A stretch of DNA of 63,766 nt, filler included, from Olpidium bornovanus S191 (lineage: Eukaryota; Fungi; Olpidiomycota): assembly GCA_017911155.1 (NCBI GenBank). It is 26 parts of 26 records of this genome, joined end to end, with 100 filler letters (N's around TTAATTAATTAA, not from the genome) between each part and the next. Parts side by side here need not be neighbours in the genome. Positions count along the whole stretch, not along the records: positions 33,476 to 39,134 come from JAEFCI010010848.1; positions 39,235 to 41,058 come from JAEFCI010002513.1; positions 41,159 to 43,814 come from JAEFCI010002551.1; positions 43,915 to 46,126 come from JAEFCI010006597.1; positions 46,227 to 50,333 come from JAEFCI010000564.1; 21 more parts are not named here. One strand, 5' to 3'. Positions 34,246 through 46,302 of the stretch are shown piece by piece (position 1 is the stretch's first letter; each line of letters starts with the position of its first letter). The notes beneath the pieces were generated by a model. The model was not told the origin of the DNA. It searched no databases and saw nothing but the letters and a program-made list of their open reading frames with translations. The translations under genes and the position numbers were made by a program.

Positions 34246-37200
34246 CTACCGGTTCCAGAGGTCCGTAGCAATGGGTTCGTCTCCGCCGTCAACTGGCGCG
34301 TCCGTGTCCGGGCCTGTTTCCTGACGTCTTTGACATAGGTTGATGAGATATCTAAGCGTGTAGGTATTGTCATCGCATCTGCAAAAGAGAAAGGCAGGGA
34401 GGCGCATTAATTTGGGGCGCGCGGGAGCTGAGAGTTCGGAGAAAGCGCAACGAAACCGAAAAACAAACATTCTCGCTAGTGACTCCTTTTGCCCGGCGAT
34501 CGCCTTCTGCAAAGCGCGAAGCGCCGGTCCGAGCTCGCCGGGGCGGCGGGCAATCTCGGCGGCGTGCTCGCGGAGGATCTCGGTAGCCCAGATCAGGTGT
34601 TTCTCGATGTCGGGCGACTCATCCGCGTACGAGGCCAGGAACGCCAGCGTACGCTCGAGGTAGCGTGCAGATAGGGAGCGGGCAACCAGCGGGACGTCGG
34701 CCGGCGGGATGGCGTCGTAGGCGTCCCGAAGGGTCGTCGGTTCGCCGAGCCTGAACGCAGTGACAAGCGCGCGCAGCCATTCGCGATTTCCAACGGCCTC
34801 CTCGACAGCCTGGGGCGTGACGTCCACGTCCAGATCAAAGGGGTCGAAAGCCATTCGGTCGTCGACTGAGTACAAAAGTAGCCCTTCGGTGGTCGCTGCC
34901 GCCCATGCGCGGCCGGTAGGAGAAAAGCGAACGCACTTTGTTCGCGCCTCGGGCCGTGTCCGCCGAACTGATAAGTCGCCGTGAGCTTGCGAGCCGGGCA
35001 TTGAGAGATCTAGACGGTCTTCCAAATCCGAGAGATCGCCCGTGTCGTCGATAAGGTCGATCGGGCCTGCTTCGGTCATCAGGCGGCTGTTCAAATAGTC
35101 TTGAGTCCCGTCAAAAGAGAGATTCCGCGAGATCTCGAACCTCCGCAGCAACGCCCGCGACGCCACGTCGTAAAGGCACACGTGGCGGCCCCGGCCCCCG
35201 GCCAAGATTCTCAGCCCGTCCGCCGTGTAGCAGAGAGTGGTAAATGCTCTGCCAGCTGTGGAGTTCTCAATCGCAACACGTTCATTAGACCTCCTGCTTC
35301 CGGCGATGTCTCTCCGAGCCTCGATAAGCCCAGTCTGTGAGCCGCCCGCCGGATTCCAGAAAGATAAATTACCGTCCAGCGTGGACACCGCAATCTCGTT
35401 GCCATCCGGCCGGAATGCGATCGCCAGCGCGTCAGACTTGAGGTCAAAACTCTCCGTCGCCCGAGTTCGGCCGTACACATCCCACACTCGCATCGTTCCG
35501 TCCCACGAGGCCGACGCCAGGTTGCCCAACGGCGAGAAACTAAGAGCCGGCACTGGGCCGATGTGGCCGCTCAAAACGTCGAGCAGTCGACCAGTCTGGA
35601 CAGACCAGACGAAGATCTCAAATGTATCCAGCGATCCGGCGCATACAATTTCTCCGCTCGTGTCGACCGCCAGCGACGAGAATTGTACCGGCGACGGAGA
35701 GGTGAACGTCCGGAAATTTCGGTATCGGCCAAGGTCAAATGCCCGCACGGTCCCGTCCAAGGAAGACGACAGGATGACTTGCGAACCTTTGGTGAACTCC
35801 ACTGCTGTGATAGACGACTTGTGCTCGTTGAATGTAACGAAGCAGAACCCTGACGTCGAATTCCAGACTTTAACCTTCCCATCGTCTCCACCGGTAACTA
35901 TGCGCTGCGCATCTGCTGAGTACGCGAGGCAGTTCATGTCGTAGAAATGACCTTGCTGCTTCAAGACGTACGTCTCCGATTGCCATTCCCAGACCAGCAG
36001 CTGACCAAGCTTTGAGCTCCCGAAAGCCAGCCACTCCCCGGTCTTGTTTATCGCTACAGACTCAATTCTTTTTTGAGATATGCTGTGTCCAAATCAAAAC
36101 CTCGCGTAAGCGAACGACAAGCTGAGACCAGCGGAGGGGAGGGCAGAATGTGGCGTACCCACCTAAGAGTATGAATGTTTGTGAAACTTGGCATCTCCCA
36201 CAAGCCAAACACGCCCGAATCAAACCCAGCGACCAGCAGGTTGGATTCTCGGTGGAAGACACAGCAGGTGACCTTGGCGTGGTTCTGCAGGAAATAATGC
36301 TTTTCTGAGATCTTCCAATTGCAGTAATCCTGCCGCCTTTTCCTCCGCTTCGTCAGCCCTGTGCCCTTCTCGACGTCCTCTTCTTTGTCTACGTGCAGCG
36401 GTTTTCTCTCCTCTTTCCAAATAAAGAGGGAACCGTCTTTACTGATGGTATAAATCTGGGGAAATGCTCGCATGGCGTCAGCCCGAGGAAACGCAGGAGA
36501 GTGGCCAGAGCGAGCCACGCGGCGAGCATAAGCAAGTAGGCCGCCTCCTCCACCGTTCAATTCCCTCACCGTGCTCTGGTCCGTTGAGAAAAATGCGCCG
36601 CGGAGAACATCCCGGTGGCCAGTCAAAGTCACAGGCACAAAGCCCTCAATGGGATCCGTGCTCCAAAGACGCGCGGTCAAGTCCTTGCTGGTCGTGAGGA
36701 TGAATCGAGAGTCCGGGCTCCAGTGGACGGACACGACGCCGTCGTAGTGACCAGCAAGGCGCCGGTGGAGGACCATGGGCGCGAACTCGCGGTGGGTGCC
36801 CGGTGACCTCCATATTTCCACCTTCTTACCGACTGCTGCAGCTACAAACACACCGTTGGGACTGAAACTCACGTCCGCAACGGGTTCCTTGAAGCTAAAA
36901 CGATGAAGTGTAACCCTCCGAGGAACGTTGACAATGAACGCTTGCCCGTCTGCGCAGGACGACGACGGCAGAGATTTAAGTATGCGCGTTGACGCCGCCC
37001 CGAAACTTAAAACATCACCATACCCTCGTCGACGGAGAAGAGGAGGGCGCCATTCGGTGATAGCGCTATTCTGGCAATGTTACGTCGGTTTTGGAAGGGG
37101 AATGTGAAAGACTTGTTGCTGACGTAATGAAGAAACGGCAGAAGAAGAGAAAGGCCGCGCCGGGCAAGAACGGGTCTCAGCGTCGGGCGCGCAGTCGGTG

Positions 37201-37507
37201 CAGAAGGATTCCCAGGTTCCAAAAGGATTTGGCACGCAGACCGCTAGGTTCCGCTTGCCTTGCAGTCACCGTTCATGGCTTCCAGACTTACTTTACGAGG
37301 TCGAACAGGGAAACCCTGTTGCCAACGGGACTCACCACCGAGTCGCCGTCCGGCGTAAACAATAGGTTACCGCGGCGGTACACCGTTCCACAAAGGTTGG
37401 AGAACTGCGGGGAAGATATTGGGCAAACGAGGAGAGGTTAAAGGGGGCAAGGTGACGACGACGCTGCCCTCGCAGGGCGTTCTGCTCACCTTGAAATCCG
37501 ACTTCAT
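34246..37507 (-). CDS. PWP2: Periodic tryptophan protein 2 (PWP2/UTP1), WD40 SSU processome subunit, apparently complete and multi-exon
   Basis: Starts MKSDFK/FSNLCGTVYRRGNLLFTPDG; LKQQGHFYDMNCLAYSADAQRIVTGGDDGKVKVWN, RAFDLGRYRNFRTFTSP, FSPTGRAWAAATTEGLLLYS, FDPFDLDVDVTP; Utp12-like C-terminal region. Confidence 0.96.
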
Positions 37508-37891
37508 TTAGCGTCAGTTCACTTTTTGTTTCTTGACCAGCTGCTGTCACACGTTTTCTCTTCTTCGCCGTCCCACGCTCCCGAGCGACGCACAAAGAGC
37601 CCAAGGGCGGGGTTCGCGACGCTCGCCCTTCGGGGAAACGCCGCCGGCGGGGACGGTGCTGGTTTGCGAGCGGGCGGCGTGCGTTGCGCAGGCAGAGCAA
37701 GCGGTGGCGGACTAGAGGCGCGTGCCGCTCGCCTGCCCCCGTACGCAGCAGCGGCGCTTCTTCCGGACGGCGTGCAGAAACGGCGCAGCACACGACTTGC
37801 TCGTTGCGTGCGCGGCGCGGCAATCCGTCCCGTGGCGGCGTCGGCGGGTCCTCGTTCTCGGTCGGATTTCTTGTTTGCGCGCTCGAAATGG

Positions 37892-37936
<45 letters not shown>

Positions 37937-38080
37937 GGCCCCCCCCCCTTTTTTTTTTCCGCCCTCTCCCTCCGTCGTCACATCCGGCTTCCCCCTTTTC
38001 CCGCGCCGAAGCCGCCGCGACCGGCTGGAGGGCGCGCTCCCGCCGAACGGGGCGGCGCCCCGCGGTCCGTCTCGCCCGTG

Positions 38081-38557
38081 ATGCTCCCCGGAGAGCTGCT
38101 TCGCGAGCTGAAGGCGCTGCAGGAGGAGCACAAGTGGGGCTTGCGAGAAGTGGCTGCGGGACCAGGCTGCGGCGAAGGCCCGGTGCCGCCTTTGGAGATC
38201 CTCGACCAGGTGTCCACAGGGCGCGACGTGGGGAACCGAGTGGAGTTCCGGCTGCACCTTCTCGAGGCTACCTCCGTCGACGTGGTGTTCGGTGACACGG
38301 GGTTTCAGGTGCGCCACAAAGGGATGTGCCGGAATTCGAGTGGCTATTCCCGCGTGCGGAACAGAACGAAGCAGCCCGCCGGAGGGCTTATCTCTGGATG
38401 GGCTCGCCGTCCATAGGTTCCGGCATTCGGCAAGCACTTCGAAACCTTCGAAGCACTCCTCATGAACCTGAGCCCGCTTTACTGCGAGAAGCATGCCGAG
38501 GTGCTCTCCCAGAAGCTGCGGAAGTTGGCAGCGTCTCAAGCAGCTGAGGAAGTCTAG
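38081..38557 (+). CDS. Stand-alone GSKIP (DUF727)-domain protein, 122 aa; exons 38081-38308, 38417-38557
   Basis: In-phase splice gives ...FRLHLLEATSVDVVFGDTGFQ/VPAFGKHFETFEALLMNLSPLYCEKHAEVLSQKLRKL, matching the GSKIP pattern (F/Y)ET.xxLL..lSP.Y...F...L..KL..L. Confidence 0.72.
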
Positions 38558-39245
38558 TCACGCTCTTCCCTCCTCCCGAAATAAGGGGAAAAAACCACCG
38601 CGCGAATACCGACTACTCTACTTCGTGCTTTCTGACAACGGCCAAGGGCGAAGGCAAGACGCGGTTTAAAGACGTTCGCTGACTCCAGGAAGTCGAAGCA
38701 AATCGAAGCATCGCCATCGAAGGCAACTTGCCCTCTTGGGTGTGTAAGTAACCAGCGGCCAGGACCAGATTGTTCGCGAAAACGTAGGCCTCTAATTTTT
38801 AGGATAAATTATTCCGCATTTGCCTTTTTGAATCCACGGGCAAACGAAGAATAAATCTGAATGCACGATTAATGCCAGGGTCACACCCAGGTATTTTCTC
38901 CCATTTGAAGACTTAAACTTTTTGCTCGAGAACTCCCCGCAATTTTATTCTGCTTTGTCACGCGCTCCTGACCTCCTCCGCCTTCGCGCATCCTGCCGCC
39001 CGTATTTTCCTTCGCCTTCGCTGCCGCTTTCGCAATCTCGCCTTCGTGCATTCGCTTTCGTCTCCGCTCTTACCTGTGGCTTTGCCTTCGCCTTCGGAAA
39101 AGCGAGATTAAAATCCAGACTCAAATCCGACATGNNNNNNNNNNNNNNNNNNNNNNNNNNNNNNNNNNNNNNNNNNNNTTAATTAATTAANNNNNNNNNN
39201 NNNNNNNNNNNNNNNNNNNNNNNNNNNNNNNNNNGGCCGCGCGCG

Positions 39246-39284
<39 letters not shown>

Positions 39285-40453
39285 AGGGTGATGCTCCAGC
39301 CTCGCCGAGGACGGTCCAGCAGGTAGTCTCGCGTTCCCCGGTCAGCGACTTTTCGTGATACCGCTCTTTCTCCCATCTCTCTCTTTCCTCAGACCATTAC
39401 ATTTCCGTACCCTTGAATAGCCAGCCGCCCCACTTTCAATATTTTTGCGACACTTATTTTGTAGCTCCCTGCTCCATTTGCCTGGCCGTTTTGGCGCGCG
39501 AGGAGGCCGTTTGGGGCTCCGCCGTTGACTTCGCATCTTGGCAGTTTTTGAGCTGAAGCGGGCGTGCGGAACGGCCGTAAAATTGAGTGGGTGCGCGACC
39601 CTTTTCGTCCTCCCTCTCGCTTATATTCTGTGTGCGCGAGTGGGAAATACCTGTGGGTTGCGTGCGAAAGGCGTGGGGTGTGAGGGCGTACGCGCGTGAA
39701 CGCGCATCCTCGATTCCTAACTCCCAGTCATCTGGGGCGGCAAGCTAAAGCTGTCCACATTTGGAGCGGAGGGCCTGGGAAAGACACTTCGCGGTCAGAA
39801 GAATCACCGCTTCCACAGATAGAACGATGCGGCGTTAACTAGAGGAGTTTGACCAGTCCCACTTTCCTGTGACAATTAGAGCATCAGCCGTCCGCTGATC
39901 GCATGAGCCGAACAGCTCGCAGAAGGGTAAAGGTTGTTACAGTTTCAGCTGGATCCAGCCTGCCGTCTTGGAGGACGTGGAGGAGATCCTCGAGGTTACC
40001 TCCGCAAACCACAGACGCTGCCCTACACAGTGGGACAAAGGGCGCCATGGTTTTAAGCAGTATGTATTCTCGGGGAGAGATTGCTCATCACGGCGACACC
40101 CCAGTGAGAAGCTGCAATATTCACCCAAAGAACAGAAAGTCTTTCTCAGAAAACCGCGGTCTTGCATTATTTTACAGCTGTTATTAATCCCGGAGAGATC
40201 TCCGATTCGGCGTGCAGCTTTGCGCAGGGGTTCGGCGTCACTGAGCAGCACACTTGCGTCGGCCCTGCCACAACGCGACTACACAGCGGGACACGCGCGC
40301 ACAGTGGCACCGCCCCGAGGTAATCAAAAAGCACCACAAAAGCCCTTGTCGCCGAAGCTCCCTGCAACTTGGGGCCTCCTCGAGGGCGGCCGAGAGTGGC
40401 CCCCAAATGGCAAGCCAAAAGACGAAGCACGCCGACCTGGCGGGAAACAATTT

Positions 40454-41058
40454 TTAGACGCCGTTGAAGAGCGAGAACCGCTTCTTGTCTTTGGCGTGCT
40501 TCGCGGGCGGCAGGGGCGCGCCGTGGCACGCCGGCGCCGGCGGGAGAGTCTTGTCCGCCGGTCCGGCGGAAGAGTGGGCCGGCGGCAGGGGAGGCTGCTG
40601 CTGTGGCGACGAGGTGTCAGAGGCCGGCGACGGGGGGGAGTGCCGCGACTGCCCGCAGCCGACGTCGTCGTGGTCGACCGGGAGCGCCTGTGCCGGGGCG
40701 CCGCGGGACGGCGGGGCCGCCGGAAGCGGCCGGCGGTCGCGGCGGTCCGGGCGGGTCCCGGACGTCGGCGCCTCCGGGCAGTGGCTGGGATCTGAGCGCG
40801 CAGAGCTGCCGGGCGGCAGCAGCAACGCGGGGTCATCCACCGATTGCCGCGGCGCCGACATCTGGGCGCAGGCGGCGGGCCCGGCGGCCGAGGGGACCGA
40901 GGCGCGGCGGTGGGATCCCGCGACGGACGATCGGTCGGAGCGCTGGTCGTTGAACGGGTGATCCTCGCGGGGTAAACCGCTTGCCGCGAGCTCCGCTCTT
41001 GCCGGTCGCGTGTTGATCTCTGCGACGAGGTCCTCGTTCTGCCGCCTTATTTCCATGA
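40454..41058 (-). CDS. C-terminal, largely disordered portion of an unidentified protein
   Basis: 200-codon frame open to contig end: MEIRRQNEDLVAEIN...KKRFSLFNGV*. Confidence 0.45.
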
Positions 41059-41170
41059 NNNNNNNNNNNNNNNNNNNNNNNNNNNNNNNNNNNNNNNNNN
41101 NNTTAATTAATTAANNNNNNNNNNNNNNNNNNNNNNNNNNNNNNNNNNNNNNNNNNNNCATGTCGTCGTC

Positions 41171-41885
41171 CTAGTCCCTGCGCACCCGGCTCCGAACTCC
41201 TGTACCAATTTTGTGTTTTATGGAAAATTCGACAGTCCCCTTTTGTCCTCTTTCGTCCCCCCGAATGCACCTTACCTGTCTTTTTCTTAATCTCAAACGG
41301 ACTTTATCGCCGACTTTGAACGCTGATTTTTGATTTAGGCGTTTCCTGATAGCACCGTACCCATTTGAGCGCTCTCCAAGGACTTCACGGAGCATATCCT
41401 TTTTGGCTGCATTGGGCGTTACCTTCAACGGCTGGTTCGGCGGATTGTTAATGTTATCGGTCAATTGGGGTAAAACTTTGACCCAAGCCTTGGTTTTATT
41501 TTGGATCTGATACTTGTTTAACATTGACTTCAATAACCCCCAAGTATGTTTGTGTATAAGCGAACAATGCGCAACTACGTATATCGAAACATTCATTTTG
41601 ACATTAAATAAAGAACAGATATCTGTCAAGTTCGTCAAGAAATTTGCTATTATATCTTTCTGCCTGGAAGCAGGTAGTTATCTTGGTCTTGCTGTCCTTT
41701 TCCAAAAAAAAACACAACGCACATTGGTAACACTGTTCAGTTTCTTCAACGTCCTTCAAATCAGGGCGTTCAGGGTTCTCCGTTTTGAATTTTTTGACCT
41801 CTTTACGAATGTCGTCTAGGATAGTTTGCGCCCTATTGTTTGATTCCTCTTTCACAGCCAGCCGTGTCTTTATCGTGAGGAACAA
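41171..41885 (-). mobile_element. Decayed Polinton/Maverick-type retroviral-like integrase (core C-terminal half), frameshifted
   Basis: LKSMLNKYQIQNKTKAWVKVLPQLTDNINN...LKVTPNA...AFKVGDKVRL resembles the Polinton integrase pattern LK..M.KY......W..VL..LV..YNN..H....MTP....KFKVGDKVRI; the segment is AT-rich relative to the host. Confidence 0.68.
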
Positions 41886-43530
41886 CCTTCCATTTTGACA
41901 TCAAACATCCAGAAAATCCTGCCCATCAAGAACAATTCCCCTTTCCAACAAACTTGTTCGGTTGTTCAGCACAGCTCGAGCTGCGTCCCCCGTTGAAACC
42001 GCGAAAACCGGGCCGACAAATCATCTCCGCCGCCGAAGAGAATCTCGAGTTCCTCGACACCGCGGTTTCCGGCTTCCGCTTTATCACACACGTTTCTGCA
42101 GTGAAATGTAACACTCTTCCTGCCCAACGCGAAAAAAAAAAAAAAAAAGATGCCGGGGACACTTACCTGCCGCACGCTCGGCATTCGCGAGGTAGCAGGA
42201 AGGGAATTTGATGGAGATCGAGACAAAGCGTCCCATCATTTTTTGACCGGCCCAAATTCGCGGTCTCTGCACCAAGTGGGAAACCGGCTGGTGGTAGCGC
42301 CCCTCGCATAAAGCAGTAATGCCGTCAACCTGCATCGACCTTAAACCCTCTTTGCCACGGGGCTCCTGCGCATCAGATACTTTTTTTTTCCGTCGCTTTT
42401 AAAAGTAACAGCAGGCTTGACAAACTATGCTTCCACCGCAATCGCCAGGTAAGCAGCCAAGTCGCCAACACGAGCAAACGCGCATTGCGCGTCACGGCGG
42501 GCCGCGCGTTGGCGACCCTATCGAAAAAAGGCTACTACTACACGTTTTTCTTCACAAAAGGGACAACGTCGAGCTTGTTTTTTCCCCCTTGACTGAATAT
42601 TTTCTTCGGAGGCTGCGCAAAAGGAGACGCGAAAGGTGGGATGCATAACCGGCATCGGGTCCACCGCAACTACGCCGTCGGGGATCAGGTTCTGCGGGAT
42701 CGCGGGGGGGGCATCCCCGCCCCCCCTCCCCCCTCCTTTTCCACGTCGACCCTCTCGAGCAAATATCTGTCCCACGCCTCGGGGCCCGCACCGGGTGCGG
42801 GACGTCGTGGCCCCGCGGAAACTGCCGATCGGAGCTTCCGGGCACGCGCGATCGCAACCGTCGGTGGGTTTGCGGACGGCCGGCTCCGTCCTTAACACGC
42901 CGCTGTCTGCCTTCGTACCCACGGCATCTCCTTGTGCTCAGGTCCTCCTGGAGGACCCTCTCAACGTGCTCCTTGCCTCAGGCCCCATGCCCGGTTTATT
43001 CCCTCCACGATTACATCGCGCCTAGCGGACCGCGTAAAAAATGACATCGAGGCGGCGAAACGCTCGAAATCCTCGGCTCCTGAGTCGTCCTCGACTGAAA
43101 CGAGGAGCGAAAAACGGATTCCCTCATTTTTCAGGGCCGCACCACGTATACACAACAGACATCCCGCATCACGTGGCGCGGGTGCGCCGTCAAGTCGGCC
43201 GTGATTCCTGTGCCCGTCACAGCGGGTGGGTGACTTGGGCGTCAAAATAGATGACCGCATCGCCGCCTTGACTCCAGCCATCGGAACTGGTTGATCATCG
43301 TGAACGCCGGGGGGGGACCTTTTCTTCGACCTGGGAACTGTCCCTCGCCTGGCCGCCAAAACTTCAAAAAAAAACACGTCCCTGCACCCCCGGCATTTCC
43401 GAGGAATTCGTCACAGCTCCGAACCGAACCGGTCTAATCGTGTATTTTGGTTAATTTCGTGATCGTGCATTTTTGGTTAATTTCGTTATTAACACCTGGC
43501 GTCCGGGTAATTTTACCTATTATCTGCTCC

Positions 43531-43814
43531 TCACATAAACCCGCCGGCGAACTTGCGCGTTATCTCCCTGAGCTCCGCCTCGAGTTCGGGGGAGAGGACG
43601 CCGGTCGTTCGAATTTTTTCCAAAAGGCCCTTGTGCTCGATGGCAAGGTAAGGCAGGAACGCTTTCTCGAACGCGACGACCCGCGCCACGGGAATCTTGT
43701 CGAGGAAGCCGTTGACGCCCGCGAAGATGATGCACACCTGCTGCTCGACCGGCAGCGGGTTGTACTGCGGTTGCTTCAACAGCTCCGTCAGGCGTGCGCC
43801 GCGGTTCAGCAGAA
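43531..43814 (-). CDS. ATP1: Mitochondrial ATP synthase F1 alpha subunit, C-terminal fragment
   Basis: LLNRGARLTELLKQPQYNPLPVEQQVCIIFAGVNGFLDKIPV...FE..FL. Confidence 0.95.
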
Positions 43815-44879
43815 NNNNNNNNNNNNNNNNNNNNNNNNNNNNNNNNNNNNNNNNNNNNTTAATTAATTAANNNNNNNNNNNNNNNNNNNNNNNNNNNNNN
43901 NNNNNNNNNNNNNNCGTGAGCTCTCCTGACGCCTCGAATGCCCGCAAATGGCGGTCTCGCACAGAAAGTAAGTAGAAAGCTTCAGATTCCGCGGGAGGCC
44001 AATTGTTACTGCTTCCGCCTGTTCCAGCACGCATGCTGTATATCCAGAAAGAATGTTTGTGTGTACTCTGGAAAGAATGCCCGGGGACACTGGTGTTTTT
44101 CGCCGCAGGGATGTTATGGTGTGAAGGGGTTTCCAACACTTGCGCCGGTTGCGCGCGAGAAAACCAAAAAAAAAAAGCAAAAAAAGGATCCAGAATAACA
44201 AAATGCGCGCTCCACAGGGGGGGGGTCGCGCATTTTTTTTTTTTTTTTTCCCTGAGCGCGTTTCTCTTGAGGTTTGGGAGGGGAGGAGCGGGGAGGTGGA
44301 GTGTTCCACAGGAAACTTTTTTTTTTTTTTTTTTTTTTTCGCGCTTCGCTTTTTTTTTTTTTCCAAGGCTGGAGGGGCCTGGGGCTGTCGGGTTTCCCTT
44401 GGGCGCTGGCGCGGCTTATTCCACGTGACCCGCCGTCACACACACACGCACACACCCTCACGGCCCCCCAGCGTCACCCCACCGCCCTCTCCGCCTTTCC
44501 CTCCCCCACACTTTGCAAGGTCAGCATCGGGAAAAAAAAAAAAAGGTTGCACAGGCCCCCCCTCGCCGGCGTCCCGTCGCCGCCCCATCTTCCCCGTCCC
44601 GCCTCGGCACACGCCGGGCGCGGGCTGTCCCTTCCCGCCCTCCCACTGTCTTCGCCTCCCGGCGCCGGCGGGCGAGGACGCCTGCTCCTTGTTCATAGTT
44701 CCGCGGCATCCGATTCCCTACCCCACCCCGCCCGCACTCCCGCGCCCCGCTGCCTCTTAGCCCCCCCCCCCACCCCACCCCCACCGCCCCGCAACTCTGC
44801 GTCATCCTTGCCTGCAGCAGCGGCACCTGAGACTACTTTTGCTTGCCTACCTTTGCCTACCGGGGCGCCGCCGTCAACC

Positions 44880-46126
44880 ATGGCGAAGGACACCAGGTCC
44901 ACCGCCGATTTGTTCGGCGGCCCGCCGAACTCCTTGTTGGGAACAGCAAGGAGGGCAGAGGATGTCCCCTCCAGAACGCAGTCCGCCGCCGGAGTGAGGC
45001 CGCCGAACCCCTCCGCCCAGGAACGAAGATCCGCGGGGTCCGCGCTGGCAAGACCGCAGTCGGTGAACGAGATGAAGAGGCCTTCCGTAGAGGCTCCCGC
45101 GGCTTCCTCGCTTTTCCAAAGCTCGGGCGACGACGTATTCTCCTCCCTCGGAAGCGCACAGGTGGCCGCTCCGGCGGCGAGTTTCGACGTCAGCGGCTCT
45201 TCCGCCGTGACCGGCCAGCAACTTTGGCCACAACAACAGCATGAGCAGCAGCAGCAGCAGCAGCACTGGCCGCAACAGCAGCAGCACCAAGAGCACCAGC
45301 AGCACCAGCAGTACCAGCAGTACCAGCAGCACCAACAGCACCAGCAGCACCAACAGCACCAGCAGTACCAGCAGCACCAACAGCACCAACAGCACCAACA
45401 GCACCACAGCCAACAGGTCGAACACCAGGCGACGTCGGTGCAGGGCAGCGTGGCGCCTTACACGCCTGTCGGTGCTGTGTACGGTGGTCTGTCTGGCCAT
45501 TACACATCATTTCCACCGGAGGAGACTCCGAGCTACACGAACTCTTTGCCGAGTGCTGCGTACGGGAAAGAAACCTCTGGCGCAGAGTTTTTTGATCAAT
45601 ACGACTCCAACCGGCAGCATCAGCAGCTTGCCGGAAGCTACCAGTACGATGCGGATACTTCGGCTTACTGCGCCCCTAACACGTCTGAGTACAACACGGG
45701 GCCCGGCGCACCGACGACCGCGTATCCGGCGACCGCGAGCTCGAGCGCATACTATCCGGAAACATACGGTGCTCACCAAATTGAAGGACACTATTCGAGC
45801 CTACACGCGCCGCCGACCACGGTAGGTCGCCTTAGTTTCGTGTGAAATGTCGTTTGCGAGCGACTTGATTATTTTGGCGGCGGCTGACGGCGTCCGTCCG
45901 GCGGCGTAGCCCGCCCATCTTTTTGGGCAAAACACCACGTACGGTTATTCCACGGACCCGTCCGAATTTTTCGACTCAGCGGCAGCCGCGTACAACTACC
46001 AGGAACCGCAGCCGGCAGAGCAATCGCAAGCGAAGCCGCAAGGGCAAGGCCGGTACTCATACGATGCGTCGCCCGCAGGATACCAGCATTCGCAGCCGGC
46101 AGAGCAATCGCAAGCGAAGCCGCAAG
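44880..46126 (+). CDS. N-terminus of a large disordered Q/Y/S-rich protein, possibly Sec16-like; exons 44880-45821, 45910->46126
   Basis: Repeated acidic-aromatic motifs (ADLFG, SSLFQSSGDDVFSSLG, GAEFFDQ, DPSEFFDS), QQH/QQY repeat and Tyr-rich linker recall fungal Sec16 N-termini; no folded domain is present to confirm. Confidence 0.5.
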
Positions 46127-46302
46127 NNNNNNNNNNNNNNNNNNNNNNNNNNNNNNNNNNNNNNNNNNNNTTAATTAATTAANNNNNNNNNNNNNNNNNN
46201 NNNNNNNNNNNNNNNNNNNNNNNNNNCTCTGCCGTCGATAACCCCCCCCCCCCGCACACCTCACCAAAAATACCGCGCTTCAGCTGCCAAGGAAAAAAGC
46301 GT

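Noticed and set aside
39740-39900. GGGAAAG motif suggesting RNase P/MRP RNA
   Set aside because: Could not find the matching CR-V/P4 strand or other conserved regions.
39920-40070. GNAT-like N-terminus (WIQPAVLEDVEEILEV)
   Set aside because: Only about 15 residues of weak resemblance, and no consistent exon chain or acetyl-CoA motif could be built.
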